From a virus (taxonomy: Duplodnaviria; Caudoviricetes): 64,000 nt of DNA. The first letter of the stretch is position 1. The number at the start of each line of letters is the position of its first letter. This document shows positions 38,441 to 49,456 of the stretch, in pieces. Location of the stretch: the IMG/VR virus record IMGVR_UViG_3300031992_000011; one strand, written 5' to 3'. The notes under the pieces were generated by a model. The model had not been told where the DNA came from, searched no databases, and was given only the letters and a program-made list of their open reading frames with translations. The translations under genes and the position numbers were made by a program.

Positions 38441-39574
38441 ATGGCACAACCAGTAAAAAAAGGAGCGGGAATCAAGGGCAGAAAGACAACCGCGGAAAAA
38501 ATTGCTGCGCTGAAAGCATTTAAAGAAGAGAACAATCTCGCTGGTATCAAAGAGAAAGAACTTTCGTGGTATATTTTACCGGAAGCGTTCCAAAACGCGA
38601 CACGAATGCCGGGTATTGCCCGTGGATACGTTACCGCTGTTAGGGGTCACTCAAACACTAACAAGTCAACCATAAAGTTGGAATTGATAAAAGCGGTGAT
38701 ACACGCAGGTGATTTACCGGTGGTTTTTGAGTTGGAAAACAATTTTGCGTGGGAACATGCGAAATCAATCGGTGTTGACGTCAATGAATATGTCGACGAA
38801 GATACCGGTGAGGTTGAATATGGACCGGGTGACACGATGTTGTATTATGACACCGCAAAACTTTATGAATTGTACGGTAAATTTGATCACGAGCACGGAA
38901 AGTGGTTAAATAAACCTGCAAGAGAAACCTATGTAATTGAGGATGTCGCAATGTGCATCAAAGACCTTGTGCGGAAACAGCGGGAAGGTGTGTTACCGTT
39001 CAATCTCGTGTTTATCATCGACAGTATCGGTGTAGGTGATTGTTATAGGGCAGCAGAGAAGAACTCTTCAAATAACATGTGGTACGCCGGCGCCGTGTCT
39101 GTGGCATTTAACACAATTGTGAACGACCTGATTCCTTCATCAAGAAACGTGAATTCGGAATACACGAACACGATGTTTGTCGTAAACAAGATATGGGTTG
39201 AAACAACCGCTATCGGTCTACCTTCTGCAAAGAGCAAGGGAGGTGCAAGTTTGACATATGCCTATCGTTGTATCCTGTTCACTGGTGGGGTCGCGTCCGG
39301 AAGCGTCAAGGCACTTACCGCTACATCCGGTGGCAAAGAGTTCCAATATGGGACTAAGGCCAAGATAAAAGTTGAGAAAAACCATATTACAAACATAACA
39401 TATAGCGGAGAACTGTGTTCTACACAACATGGATTATGGGACCCGAATAAACTAGATGAGTATAAAAAGAAATACGCGTCGTTTATCAAGGAAAAACTCG
39501 CTGAAGTGAATAAGGTTCCGATTGAGGATATTGGCGAAATCACGTATTCAGAAAATGACATCGTAGATTCGTAA
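38441..39574 (+). CDS. RecA/UvsX-like recombinase
   Basis: Variant Walker A GHSNTNKST, Walker B FIIDSIG, VNKIW, KGG and KIKVEKNH. Confidence 0.82.
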   Translation: MAQPVKKGAGIKGRKTTAEKIAALKAFKEENNLAGIKEKELSWYILPEAFQNATRMPGIARGYVTAVRGHSNTNKSTIKLELIKAVIHAGDLPVVFELENNFAWEHAKSIGVDVNEYVDEDTGEVEYGPGDTMLYYDTAKLYELYGKFDHEHGKWLNKPARETYVIEDVAMCIKDLVRKQREGVLPFNLVFIIDSIGVGDCYRAAEKNSSNNMWYAGAVSVAFNTIVNDLIPSSRNVNSEYTNTMFVVNKIWVETTAIGLPSAKSKGGASLTYAYRCILFTGGVASGSVKALTATSGGKEFQYGTKAKIKVEKNHITNITYSGELCSTQHGLWDPNKLDEYKKKYASFIKEKLAEVNKVPIEDIGEITYSENDIVDS

Positions 39575-39595
39575 ATACCCACCAAATTCCGTAAG

Positions 39596-40062
39596 ATGGC
39601 AAAGAAGGTATACAGTGTTTCTGAAATTATTGAGAAACATAAGGAAAAAGAAAAAGTACCTGTAGAGTACGATTATTCAAAGACCGAGCCCGGTACCATT
39701 AGTGACAAAATCACAGTGGTCTGTCCGAAGCATGGCACGTTTGAGCAATCGTTATTAGGTCATATAAACGGTAAGGGTTGCATAAAATGCGCGATGGAAC
39801 AGAGGATAAGCATATTGCCATTGAATGTCAGGGCGTACAGCATTTTGATTCTGTAGACTTTGGTGGAAATGGCGTTGATTATGCCAACAAACAATTGAAC
39901 TACGTTCAAGAACTCGATTCAAAAAAACGAACACTATGCAAGGAACATGATGTAATTTTGATTTACTACGTTGATAAGAAATATGTGGATAAGACAAAAG
40001 AAACAGGTGTTCATACTTTTTCTACTATTAAGGAATTATTGGATTTTATAGATTTAAAATAA
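39596..40062 (+). pseudogene. degenerate homing endonuclease (zinc-ribbon repeat plus PD-(D/E)XK nuclease), internally deleted and frameshifted
   Basis: One frame reads YDYSK...CPKHG.F.Q...H..G.GC..C and another reads IAIECQGVQHF...D..KR.LC. The middle of the gene appears absent. Confidence 0.75.
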
Positions 40063-40082
40063 TGCAACAAAATTTTTGAAAG

Positions 40083-40400
40083 ATGAAAGTGATTTTGACA
40101 AAGAAGGCCGAGTATGAACTTAATCCGGACAAATTTACGGAGATACCGTCAGGCGTTTTTGAGATGCTCGTTGGCGGTGACGCTACACCGTTCGACTGCT
40201 CGACATACTCGAAGATGGAAGAGGTGGTCGTGTTTGACAGCAAGGACGACTACATAATAAAGAGAAGCGAATTTGACATTGACCCCGAAAAGCCTGTCTA
40301 CGTGAACGGCAAGGGGCAGATTTTTCGTTTCCTGCGGAAAGAGAACATTCCCACTGATGCCACAGCCGATACCGAAACGAGTGCTGGACAAGAAACCTGA
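40083..40400 (+). CDS. hypothetical protein
   Basis: 105-aa ORF overlapping the next gene. Confidence 0.7.
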   Translation: MKVILTKKAEYELNPDKFTEIPSGVFEMLVGGDATPFDCSTYSKMEEVVVFDSKDDYIIKRSEFDIDPEKPVYVNGKGQIFRFLRKENIPTDATADTETSAGQET

Positions 40401-41529
40401 ACTCGGAGTCAAGAAATACACGACGCTCCTCATCGACGGTTCGAACGTGCTTGAACTGTCGATGAGGGGATGCCGTCAGTTGTCGAGCAACGGAAACGAG
40501 ATTGGCGGTGTGTTCCAGTTTCTTCTGCAGTTAAAGATTATGCTACAGAAGGGGAACTTCAGTCACGTCTATGTGTTCTGGGACGGCGAGAACTCCGGTG
40601 AACTCAGGTATCGTCTAAATTCTGACTACAAGGCGAACAGAGACAAGAACTATGATGAGACCGACTTGTCGGATTATATGATGGCCGTGAACGAAAGGAT
40701 AAAGTCCATGGAGTCGTATTTCCGTTCAAAAGGAAAGAAAAAACCGGCGGTAAAGAATGACGATGACAAGGAATTGTTCTACCGTCAACGGGATATCATC
40801 ATGGATTGCCTTGAAGAGATAGGTGTACGGCAGTGCGTATGCGAACTAACGGAGGCAGACGATTTTGTCGGTTACTATGTCTCACACAAGGAAGCGAACG
40901 AGCGGATAGTGATCATGTCCAACGACCGAGACTTGACACAGTTGATAAGTGACGACGTGATTGTGTATGTACAATCCCTCAAGAAGTTCATCAACACGAA
41001 AAACCACAAGGAGGAGATTGGGTATTCACACAAGAATGTGCTTCTCAAGAAAATGCTGTGCGGAGATCCGTCGGACAACATCAAGGGAATAAAGGGTCTT
41101 GGGGAAAAAACACTTTTCACAAATTTTCCGGAGATCCGTGAACGCGAGGTGACACTTGATGAGGTCGTGAGAAAGGCTGCGGCGATAAACGAATCGAGAG
41201 CGTCCGAGAAAAAGAAACCGCTTGCATGGGCGTCCAATATAGTGAATAGGGTGACGGACGGTGCGCAAGGCGATAGGATATATGACATCAACCGTCAGAT
41301 AATCGACCTGAAGTCTCCACTCATGACAAGCGAGTCAAAGGATCTGATATCGTCCATAATGCATCAGCCGCTTGACATGGAAGGACGTTCGTTTGAAAAC
41401 CTTTACCGCATCATATGTGACAGCGGCATAGACGAACTGACGGATGAGTCAAAGTTTTCACAGTTTTTTTCTGAAATGAGAACTTTATATGAAAACGAGA
41501 AAAAATTTTCGGAAAAGTTTTTGTCCTGA
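40357..41529 (+). CDS. 5'-3' exonuclease/flap endonuclease (T4 RNase H-like)
   Basis: LLIDGSN, YKANR, EADD, SNDRDL.QL and GDPSDNIKGIKGLGEKT. Confidence 0.92.
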   Translation: MPQPIPKRVLDKKPELGVKKYTTLLIDGSNVLELSMRGCRQLSSNGNEIGGVFQFLLQLKIMLQKGNFSHVYVFWDGENSGELRYRLNSDYKANRDKNYDETDLSDYMMAVNERIKSMESYFRSKGKKKPAVKNDDDKELFYRQRDIIMDCLEEIGVRQCVCELTEADDFVGYYVSHKEANERIVIMSNDRDLTQLISDDVIVYVQSLKKFINTKNHKEEIGYSHKNVLLKKMLCGDPSDNIKGIKGLGEKTLFTNFPEIREREVTLDEVVRKAAAINESRASEKKKPLAWASNIVNRVTDGAQGDRIYDINRQIIDLKSPLMTSESKDLISSIMHQPLDMEGRSFENLYRIICDSGIDELTDESKFSQFFSEMRTLYENEKKFSEKFLS

Positions 41530-41661
41530 CGAAAAAAGTGGTATCTATATGTGAGAAATGCGACATATCGACGTTTTACGCCTTATGCAACAAAAAAAAA
41601 TGTTAAACTTATAGTGAACAAAAGTGAGTTTTAACATGTCTAACATCTAAAAACAAACAAA

Positions 41662-42564
41662 GTGGTTACCGAATTAGCAACAAACGAAAAAAAGCAAAAG
41701 GCGAAAGCGGCTAACGAAGCCTTTTGGGAGAGATTTCAATTCCTGCTGTGGATAAATGACGACATCATATGTCAACGATACTTCCGTATCAACGGATACA
41801 ACAGAGACATGTGCCACACGGAAGAGTTTACAACCGTCATGGAAAACTGTGTCAGGATGATACAGGATGACCTGAAGTACAAGAGTTTCATACTTCAGTC
41901 ATACACGTGCGACTGCCCAATCAAGTTGACCGGATTTGTCAACGATCCGGCAACTGACAGCGATGTGTTCTTATTGTCAAACCCGAATATCCGCGGCAAT
42001 GTGACACTATCCGACGGACGCACTGTCGAAAAGACTTATTTCGAATACCCCGAGGGGACACCGGAAATGCACTACATGGACAACGACACTCTCGAACCGT
42101 GGGACGTAGTGTTCAAATTCCAGTTCCTCATTGATGACAAGACTGTGTATGAGCGCATATGGGACGGGACACAGTACCCGAAATACGTCCGCAACAGTGT
42201 GGACTTGACCAACAGCAACGCGGCATACCGCGACAAAGACCCTCAGAACCTGAATTTCTCCGCATCACTGCAGAAGCATATGACTTTCGGCAGAAAAGAC
42301 CTCACTTACCACATCATCAAGAGCATAATCGGGGTGCTCAGTTGGAAACAGGAGGACTATGAGAGAGAATCCACACTGTATGACACCTATGGTGACACGA
42401 CTTATGCGCTAAGGCCGCAGAACAAGTCATACATTGACGGATGGAGGTCTGCAACCAATCAGAAGACGAGGAAGCATGCCGCACAGATAGACAAATCCGA
42501 GCGATACTCCCAATACGGAGGTATGACCGAGGGCGAGTGGAACTATATCGAAAAGCGCCTATAG
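41662..42564 (+). CDS. hypothetical protein
   Basis: 300-aa ORF with a GTG start, between the exonuclease and helicase genes. Confidence 0.8.
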   Translation: MVTELATNEKKQKAKAANEAFWERFQFLLWINDDIICQRYFRINGYNRDMCHTEEFTTVMENCVRMIQDDLKYKSFILQSYTCDCPIKLTGFVNDPATDSDVFLLSNPNIRGNVTLSDGRTVEKTYFEYPEGTPEMHYMDNDTLEPWDVVFKFQFLIDDKTVYERIWDGTQYPKYVRNSVDLTNSNAAYRDKDPQNLNFSASLQKHMTFGRKDLTYHIIKSIIGVLSWKQEDYERESTLYDTYGDTTYALRPQNKSYIDGWRSATNQKTRKHAAQIDKSERYSQYGGMTEGEWNYIEKRL

Positions 42565-42652
42565 ATAGCACCGAGAGAACAGACAAAACACCGAGGGTTT
42601 CCGAACAACAGCGGAGACCTTCGGTTTCTAAACCATCTAAAGATTTCGTGAC

Positions 42653-44086
42653 ATGTCAAAAAGCAACACGACCGACAAGTCTAACCTTGGGTATCTCGGT
42701 ATAGATTTTCAGATAAAGCTGGTGAAATGCTTTTTTGAGGACCAGAACTTCTTCTGTGGCATAACAGACATCACGGACCAGAACATGTTCACCGACGAGA
42801 ATCTGCGGAGGATTGTCGGGTTCATGAAGGACCGGTACAACTTCACCGGTGTCACGCCGACGTATCTTGAGATTGAGACCATTGTAAGGGCGAAGGTGTC
42901 TGACGCCATAAGTGTCCGCATGCTGATAGAGACGCTGAACAGGATAAAATCAACTGACCTTCAGTTCATGGACATCATCGAGGACGAGTCCGAAAAGTTC
43001 TTCAAACAGCAAAACCTCACCAAGGCGATACACGCCTCGATGGACATCATAAAGAAGGGCGACTTCCAGTCGTACCCCAAAATAGAAAAAATGATAACTG
43101 ACGCACTGGCCGTCAACACGAAGCAGGACCTCGGTTTTCATATTTTCGACCACATCGAGAGCGACTTGAGTGACGAATACAGAGTGGCCATCCCTACCGG
43201 TGCCGACAAACTCGATGAGGCGCTCATGGGAGGCATAGGCAAGGGAGAACTTGGTGTGATAGTGTGCCCTAGCGGTGTAGGAAAGACATCATCGACCACA
43301 GGTTTTGCCGCACACGCCGCAACATACAAGCATGAATTGAACAATTTTCAGGGGTTCAAGGTGCTGCATTTCTTCTTTGAGGACACTGAGACTGCCATAC
43401 GACGGAAGTATTTCGGATATATGCTTGACATCGACGCCAGCATGCTTTCAGACCCGAACATACGTCCGAAGGCGCTTGAGATGCTCAGACAGGACAGCGA
43501 GATAAAGCAAATGCTCAACAGGAACATCATCAGCAAGCGTCTCGAAAATGGCGAAACAACAGTTTCCAACATCAAGCATCTGATTGAGAGGAATATTGCG
43601 CTCGGATTCAAACCGGACCTTGTCATCATAGACTATTTTGAATGCCTTGCATATGAGAAGACCGACAGGAACGACAGTGAATGGTCACGTGAAGGCGCGA
43701 CAATGAGACAGATAGAGGCACTTGCGAACAAACTGAACATTGCGATATGGGTCCCGGTGCAGGGCACAAGGGACTCACTCGGGGCGGAGTTTGTCGGACT
43801 TGCGCAGGCCGGCGGATCGGTCAAGAAGGTGCAAATCGCGCATGTGATCCTGACGTATGCACAGACGGACGAGATGAAGCGCAACAGCAAGGTAAACATA
43901 TTTCTCGGAAAATTCAGGGGCGGAAAGATAACCCGAAACAAATTTCTGAACGTCACCCTCAACAACGGAACGTGCAAGTTTGACATGTCGAACATAGACG
44001 ATGACGACACAATGGACAATGTGTCGTTCACCGACCGGCAGAACCAGTTGGCAAGACAGACTCTCAACATGCAGCGAAGAAGATAG
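42653..44086 (+). CDS. replicative DNA helicase (DnaB/T4 gp41-like)
   Basis: GGIGKGELGV..PSGVGKT, LVIIDY, W.P.Q..R and K.R motifs. Confidence 0.92.
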   Translation: MSKSNTTDKSNLGYLGIDFQIKLVKCFFEDQNFFCGITDITDQNMFTDENLRRIVGFMKDRYNFTGVTPTYLEIETIVRAKVSDAISVRMLIETLNRIKSTDLQFMDIIEDESEKFFKQQNLTKAIHASMDIIKKGDFQSYPKIEKMITDALAVNTKQDLGFHIFDHIESDLSDEYRVAIPTGADKLDEALMGGIGKGELGVIVCPSGVGKTSSTTGFAAHAATYKHELNNFQGFKVLHFFFEDTETAIRRKYFGYMLDIDASMLSDPNIRPKALEMLRQDSEIKQMLNRNIISKRLENGETTVSNIKHLIERNIALGFKPDLVIIDYFECLAYEKTDRNDSEWSREGATMRQIEALANKLNIAIWVPVQGTRDSLGAEFVGLAQAGGSVKKVQIAHVILTYAQTDEMKRNSKVNIFLGKFRGGKITRNKFLNVTLNNGTCKFDMSNIDDDDTMDNVSFTDRQNQLARQTLNMQRRR

Positions 44087-44226
44087 GCAAAAAAAAGTTT
44101 CATGACACATTTGTTTGTGCCACAATATTATAAGTGCAGACATTGGACCGGCGGAGTGTAAATTGATTCTAAAACGCCGGTTCTTGTCGCTATATATGAT
44201 TTAGCAACTTAGATAAACACATAAAC

Positions 44227-46425
44227 ATGGACGTCAAAAAAAGGGACAAGACTTTGGAGAAATTTAATTTCTCTAAGATAGAAAACGCTGTTAAAAAGGC
44301 ATTTAGCGAAACGAACGTTGATATGCCGGAAGATGTTCTGCAATGCCTCAAGGACAAATACGACGAGAGTTCAGATACTGTCGTCGATGTCGAGGAAATA
44401 CAGGATAGTGTCGAAGACTGTCTGATGTCATACAGTCCGAAAGTGGCCAAGGCATATATCATATACCGGTATGAGCACAAGGTCATGCGCGAGAACAAGG
44501 ACAAGCTGTTCCGCGAGGTCGGAAGGAAACTCAAGGCCGAGGACGTGCAGAACCAGAATGCCAACGTTGACGAGTATTCATTCGGAGGAAGGATTGGCGA
44601 GGCGACAAGACTCGTGACCAAGGAATACGCGCTCAAGAACTGCATGACAAGAAAGTCGAGGAACAACCATTTGAACAATGAGATATACATCCATGACCTT
44701 GACAACTACGCCGTAGGAATGCACAATTGTTTAAGTGTTCCATTCGACGACCTTCTCGCCAACGGTTTCAGTGTGAGACAGACCGACATACGACCGGCGA
44801 ACAGTGTGGACACCGCAATGCAGCTGGTCGCGGTGTTGTTCCAGATTCAAAGTCAGTCGCAGTTCGGCGGGGTGTCCGCCACACATCTTGATTGGACAAT
44901 GGTTCCATATGTGCGAAAGTCATTCTTCAAGCATTTCAATGACGGACGCGAGTGGGTAAGCGGCAAGGAACGTCTGCCGAAGACAAGCAAAATCACCGAG
45001 ACGCCGATAGAGTCATGGAAAGATGTCGACAACAAGGCGTACGAATATGCGCTCGCACTGACACAAAGGGAGATAGACCAGTCAGTGGAAGGTCTTTACC
45101 ATAACCTCAACTCACTTCAGAGCAGAAGCGGAGACCAGCTGCCGTTCTCCTCAATAAACTACGGCACATGCACACTGACCGAAGGGCGTATGGTGATAAA
45201 GGCGCTGCTGGAAGGTTCGATAAACGGTGTCGGCAAGTTTCATCGAACACCGATTTTCCCGTGCGGAATATTCCAAATGATGTCCGGCGTGAACCGCAAA
45301 CCGGGAGAACCGAATTATGACATGTACAAACTCGCGCTACAGTCGACAGCGAAGCGGCTGTATCCGAATTACGCGAACTGTGATTGGAGCGGAAATGCCG
45401 GATATGACAGGAATGACCCGCGGACATATTTCTCGACAATGGGATGCCGTACAGCGAACGGTTTTGACATCAACGGGTTTGGTCAGCTCAAGGACGGCCG
45501 CGGCAACATATGTCCCGTGACAATCATCATGCCGAAAATCGCGATGCTCGCCAAGTCGTCAGTCGGAGAAAACGCGACAAAGGAAGAAACGGTGAACGCG
45601 TTCATGAGGATGCTTGACAAAAAGATAGGTGAAGCGAAAGATATGCTGCTCGAAAGGTTTGAATGGATTGCCAGCCAAAGCCCGTCGTCAGCAAAATTCA
45701 TGTGGGACAACAACACCATGGCCGGATATGTGCCGGAAGAAGGGATAAGGTCCGCGCTCAAGCACGGCACACTGTCGCTCGGACAGATAGGACTTGCCGA
45801 GACGCTCATCGCACTGATCGGGTGCGACCACACCAAACCCGAAGGAATGGAATTGGCCAAACGCATTGAGGGATTGTTCAAGAAGCGCTGCGCCGAGTAC
45901 AAGGAGAAATATCGGCTGAATTTCGGCGTGTACTACACTCCGGCCGAGAACCTGTGCTACACTTCAATGAAGAAATTCAAGGCTGAATACGGGGTGATAC
46001 CCGGCGTTTCCGACCACGAATACTTCACCAACTCGATGCATGTTCCGGTGTGGCACGAGATGACACCGTTCGAGAAGATAGACATCGAGTCGCAGCTCAC
46101 CGGATACTCTTCCGCCGGATGCATCACATATGTCGAACTTCCGAGTACGGCAAAGCACAACATCGAGGCGCTTGAGACGATAGTAAACTACGCAATGGAC
46201 AAGGACATACCTTACTTCGCGATAAACGTGCCTGTCGACACCTGCGAGGACTGCGGATACACCGACGAACTCGGCGAGGTGTGCCCGGTGTGCGGAAGTA
46301 GAAACATATCAAGACTAAGGAGAGTGACCGGGTATCTCACCGGCAGCTACAAGCAAGCCTTTAATTACGGAAAACAAAAAGAAACCGAAGAACGTGTCAA
46401 ACATGATGCCATAACCCTTGAGTGA
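44227..46425 (+). CDS. nrdD: anaerobic ribonucleoside-triphosphate reductase (class III) with ATP cone
   Basis: VKKRD ATP cone, HNCL, MGCRT, TPAENL, YFTNS, CxxC/CxxC and RRVTGYL glycyl-radical motif. Confidence 0.97.
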   Translation: MDVKKRDKTLEKFNFSKIENAVKKAFSETNVDMPEDVLQCLKDKYDESSDTVVDVEEIQDSVEDCLMSYSPKVAKAYIIYRYEHKVMRENKDKLFREVGRKLKAEDVQNQNANVDEYSFGGRIGEATRLVTKEYALKNCMTRKSRNNHLNNEIYIHDLDNYAVGMHNCLSVPFDDLLANGFSVRQTDIRPANSVDTAMQLVAVLFQIQSQSQFGGVSATHLDWTMVPYVRKSFFKHFNDGREWVSGKERLPKTSKITETPIESWKDVDNKAYEYALALTQREIDQSVEGLYHNLNSLQSRSGDQLPFSSINYGTCTLTEGRMVIKALLEGSINGVGKFHRTPIFPCGIFQMMSGVNRKPGEPNYDMYKLALQSTAKRLYPNYANCDWSGNAGYDRNDPRTYFSTMGCRTANGFDINGFGQLKDGRGNICPVTIIMPKIAMLAKSSVGENATKEETVNAFMRMLDKKIGEAKDMLLERFEWIASQSPSSAKFMWDNNTMAGYVPEEGIRSALKHGTLSLGQIGLAETLIALIGCDHTKPEGMELAKRIEGLFKKRCAEYKEKYRLNFGVYYTPAENLCYTSMKKFKAEYGVIPGVSDHEYFTNSMHVPVWHEMTPFEKIDIESQLTGYSSAGCITYVELPSTAKHNIEALETIVNYAMDKDIPYFAINVPVDTCEDCGYTDELGEVCPVCGSRNISRLRRVTGYLTGSYKQAFNYGKQKETEERVKHDAITLE

Positions 46426-46427
46426 CG

Positions 46428-46913
46428 ATGAATTATCAGAGAATAACCTACACTGACATAAACAACGGCACCGGATGCCGCGTGACCCTTTGGGTTTCCG
46501 GATGCACGCACCATTGCAAAGGATGCCACAACAAGTGCACTTGGGATTTCAACGGAGGCAAACCGTTTGACGCCGAAGCAAAGGAAAAACTGTTTTCCGT
46601 TCTGTCACTTCCGTACATAAAGGGACTTACACTGTCAGGCGGCGACCCTATGGACAGTTATCTTGACGTCGCAGACCTCGTACATGAGGTAAAGTGCAAG
46701 TTTCCGAAAAAGGACATATGGATGTACACGGGATACACACTCCACGAGGCGGCAAAGAAAGACGTGCTATCCATGCTTGACGAGATAGACTATGTCGTTG
46801 ACGGGGAATATGTCGAGGAAAAGCGGGACACGTCATTGGCGTTCAGAGGTTCGTCCAATCAGATAATATGGAAACGCTGTGTCAATGACACCTTTGAAAA
46901 GGTGGAATTGTGA
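46428..46913 (+). CDS. nrdG: anaerobic RNR activating protein (radical SAM)
   Basis: CTHHCKGC, GLTLSGGDP and FRGSSNQ. Confidence 0.96.
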   Translation: MNYQRITYTDINNGTGCRVTLWVSGCTHHCKGCHNKCTWDFNGGKPFDAEAKEKLFSVLSLPYIKGLTLSGGDPMDSYLDVADLVHEVKCKFPKKDIWMYTGYTLHEAAKKDVLSMLDEIDYVVDGEYVEEKRDTSLAFRGSSNQIIWKRCVNDTFEKVEL

Positions 46914-46940
46914 AACAACCCAGCTTGACACACTCAAAAC

Positions 46941-46974
46941 AAAATGCCCATATTTAACAATGTGGGCATTTTTT
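46941..46974 (+). terminator. terminator after nrdG, with TATTTAA inside the hairpin
   Basis: AAAATGCCCA...TGGGCATTTTTT. Confidence 0.75.
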
Positions 46975-47001
46975 GTATACATACGCCCGCGACAGTTGGG
47001 A

Positions 47002-47391
47002 ATGGCCAAGATTCAACATTACGACATAAAGTTTCCTGTAACGCACAAGTCCGACGAGAAGACACTGTTTGACCTGAACGGCAACGCCGTCGAGGGGATA
47101 CGTTCACAGCTCATGCACTTGATATTCACGCCGGTCGGCGAGAGGTTAAGGAAACCAAATTTCGGGTCAAAACTGATACAGTTCATATTTGAGCCGAACG
47201 ACTCACAGACTTACGGCGACGTGATAGGGGAAATTCGAGACATGGTGCGGATGAACATTCCCGGATGTGAACTCGGGAACATAGACATATACGAGACCGA
47301 CAATGGGCGGGGTCTCATCGCCAGTGTCGAATTCAGCGCAGTCGACGAAGCCGGCGACAGATACGAGGACAGAATCATAACACGACTATAA
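47002..47391 (+). CDS. baseplate wedge protein, gp25-like
   Basis: IKFP...LIFTPVGERLRKPNFGS.L..FIFEP. Start set at ATG 47002. Confidence 0.9.
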   Translation: MAKIQHYDIKFPVTHKSDEKTLFDLNGNAVEGIRSQLMHLIFTPVGERLRKPNFGSKLIQFIFEPNDSQTYGDVIGEIRDMVRMNIPGCELGNIDIYETDNGRGLIASVEFSAVDEAGDRYEDRIITRL

Positions 47392-47392
47392 G

Positions 47393-49432
47393 ATGTCAGA
47401 GAAAAGAATATCATACCTTGACAGGAACTTCAACGACTACCGTTCAGCGATAGTCGACATGACAAGGAAATACTACAATGACGTGATACCCGACCTAAAC
47501 GACGCTTCGGTCGGGTCGTGGATTGTGGACGTGTTCGCGGACATCGCGGACAACCTGTCATACAACATCGACAGGGCGTACCAAGAGACGTCGATAGACT
47601 CGGCAAATCTCGGTTCGTCGCTGATGAACATGGCACGCACACAAGGGGTGAAGATACCCGGACGCAAGGCCGCCGTGGTGGAGGTGGAGGTGTCGTGCGA
47701 ATTGCCGCTGAGAGCGTCGTCTTCAACAGACTCATACGGAGACCTAAGGATAGCGGACGAGAGATATGCTCCGCTGCTCAAAAGGGGATGCCTCTTCTCG
47801 AACGGGATGTACACGTTCGAACTGTCCGAGGACCTCGACTTCTCAAAACAGTTCAACTCGCAAGGTGTGTCAAACCGCGCCATAACCCCGAACCGTGACA
47901 CGAACGGCAATATCGTGTCCTACACATACCGCAAACTCGGGATTGCCGTGGCAGGACAGAGCAAGGTCTATAAAAAGTCAATCACGAACAGTGACATAGT
48001 CCCGTTCATGACCATAACGATCGACGACAGGGACATACTGAATGTGGACAGCATCATCGTAAAAGACGGGTACGGAATCAACACAGACCCCGCCGTGGAG
48101 GAATATTTCGTGGACGAAGAGGCATATGTCGGCAGAGACGGGAAAACCGTGCAGAGATTCTTCGAGACCGACAGCCTGATTGACCAGTACAGATACGGAT
48201 ACGAGATAGAGAAGAACGGAGACGGGTTCTACAACCCGGTATGGGAAGACGAGATGCGTGCGGTCTACTCCGAGAACGACTGCGAGATGAAGACAGTTCC
48301 CGTCAGGAAAGTGGCGAGGGGAATGTGGAAGAGACTCAAGAACAAATTCGTCACGGAATTCAATGACGACTGGACACTGAACATCATATTTGGCAGGGGA
48401 ATAAGGAACATTTATGGTGAAATACCGTCCAACGCGTCCACCTTCACACAGTATATGATGACAAGGATGGAGGCCAATGACTATCTCGGTGTACTGCCTG
48501 AGAGCGGTTCGACCGTGTTCGTGAGATACCGAGTCGGTGGCGGAGCGATGACTAATATCGCACCCGGGACGCTTACAGACATACTATTCCTCAACATGAC
48601 GATAGACGGCGACTGTTCAGACGAAAACAGGGCGCTTGACGCAAGAAAGAAAAGGGATGTGCAGTCTTCACTTTCAGTGACCAACACAACCCCTTCATAT
48701 GGAGGCAAGGACGAACCGTCAGCCGATGAAGTTCGCTACCTCATCAAATACGGAACGTCCGAGCAAGGAAGATGCGTCACGCTAAAAGACTATCAGTACC
48801 GGGTAATGATGATGCCGCCGATGTACGGATGCCCGTTCAGGTGCGGCGTTACGGAGGAGAACAACAAGGTCGTCATATACACACTCGGTCTCGACTCACG
48901 AGGATATCTCAAGAGCGACATCGCCGAACCTGTGGCCGAGAACATCAAGACGTATCTTTCAGAGTACAGGATGATCAACGACTTTGTGGAAATCAGGTCG
49001 GGATATATCATCAACGTCGGTTTCGAGGTTGACATCTTCGCCGAGAAGACATACAACAGCAGCGAGGTGGCAAAAAGGGTGATCGACAAGGTCTATGACT
49101 ACATGGACATACGCAGGCACATGATGGGCGAGGACATATTCCTCGGCGACCTTGAAAAGGAGATTTCCAAGATGGACGGAGTGCAGAACCTCATAGCGTT
49201 GCGGTGCTACAACAGGGTCGGCAGCACGGACGGGTATTCGGACAGCGAGACGACGCAGGCACTTGTCCATATACCGTGGTGCGAGAACGGAATGAGCAAC
49301 GAAATCGTCAGCGCAGAAAGACAGATAGACCTTGAAGCATCCGACAAAGTCCTTTTCAGCGAGTGCAATTCGATGTTTGAAATCAAATACAAGAACAGAG
49401 ACATCGTGGTGAACGTGAAGCAAAGAGGATGA
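47393..49432 (+). CDS. baseplate wedge protein, gp6-like
   Basis: YLDRNF, D.LSY.ID, IIFG.G, YRVGGG..TN, GGKD and Q.RCVT..DY. Confidence 0.9.
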   Translation: MSEKRISYLDRNFNDYRSAIVDMTRKYYNDVIPDLNDASVGSWIVDVFADIADNLSYNIDRAYQETSIDSANLGSSLMNMARTQGVKIPGRKAAVVEVEVSCELPLRASSSTDSYGDLRIADERYAPLLKRGCLFSNGMYTFELSEDLDFSKQFNSQGVSNRAITPNRDTNGNIVSYTYRKLGIAVAGQSKVYKKSITNSDIVPFMTITIDDRDILNVDSIIVKDGYGINTDPAVEEYFVDEEAYVGRDGKTVQRFFETDSLIDQYRYGYEIEKNGDGFYNPVWEDEMRAVYSENDCEMKTVPVRKVARGMWKRLKNKFVTEFNDDWTLNIIFGRGIRNIYGEIPSNASTFTQYMMTRMEANDYLGVLPESGSTVFVRYRVGGGAMTNIAPGTLTDILFLNMTIDGDCSDENRALDARKKRDVQSSLSVTNTTPSYGGKDEPSADEVRYLIKYGTSEQGRCVTLKDYQYRVMMMPPMYGCPFRCGVTEENNKVVIYTLGLDSRGYLKSDIAEPVAENIKTYLSEYRMINDFVEIRSGYIINVGFEVDIFAEKTYNSSEVAKRVIDKVYDYMDIRRHMMGEDIFLGDLEKEISKMDGVQNLIALRCYNRVGSTDGYSDSETTQALVHIPWCENGMSNEIVSAERQIDLEASDKVLFSECNSMFEIKYKNRDIVVNVKQRG

Positions 49433-49456
49433 CAAACAACGGCAAAAAACAACATT

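Noticed and set aside
44120-44200. NrdR boxes upstream of nrdD
   Set aside because: Only partial matches (CACAATATTATAAGTG, CTATATATGA) that do not fit the consensus palindrome.
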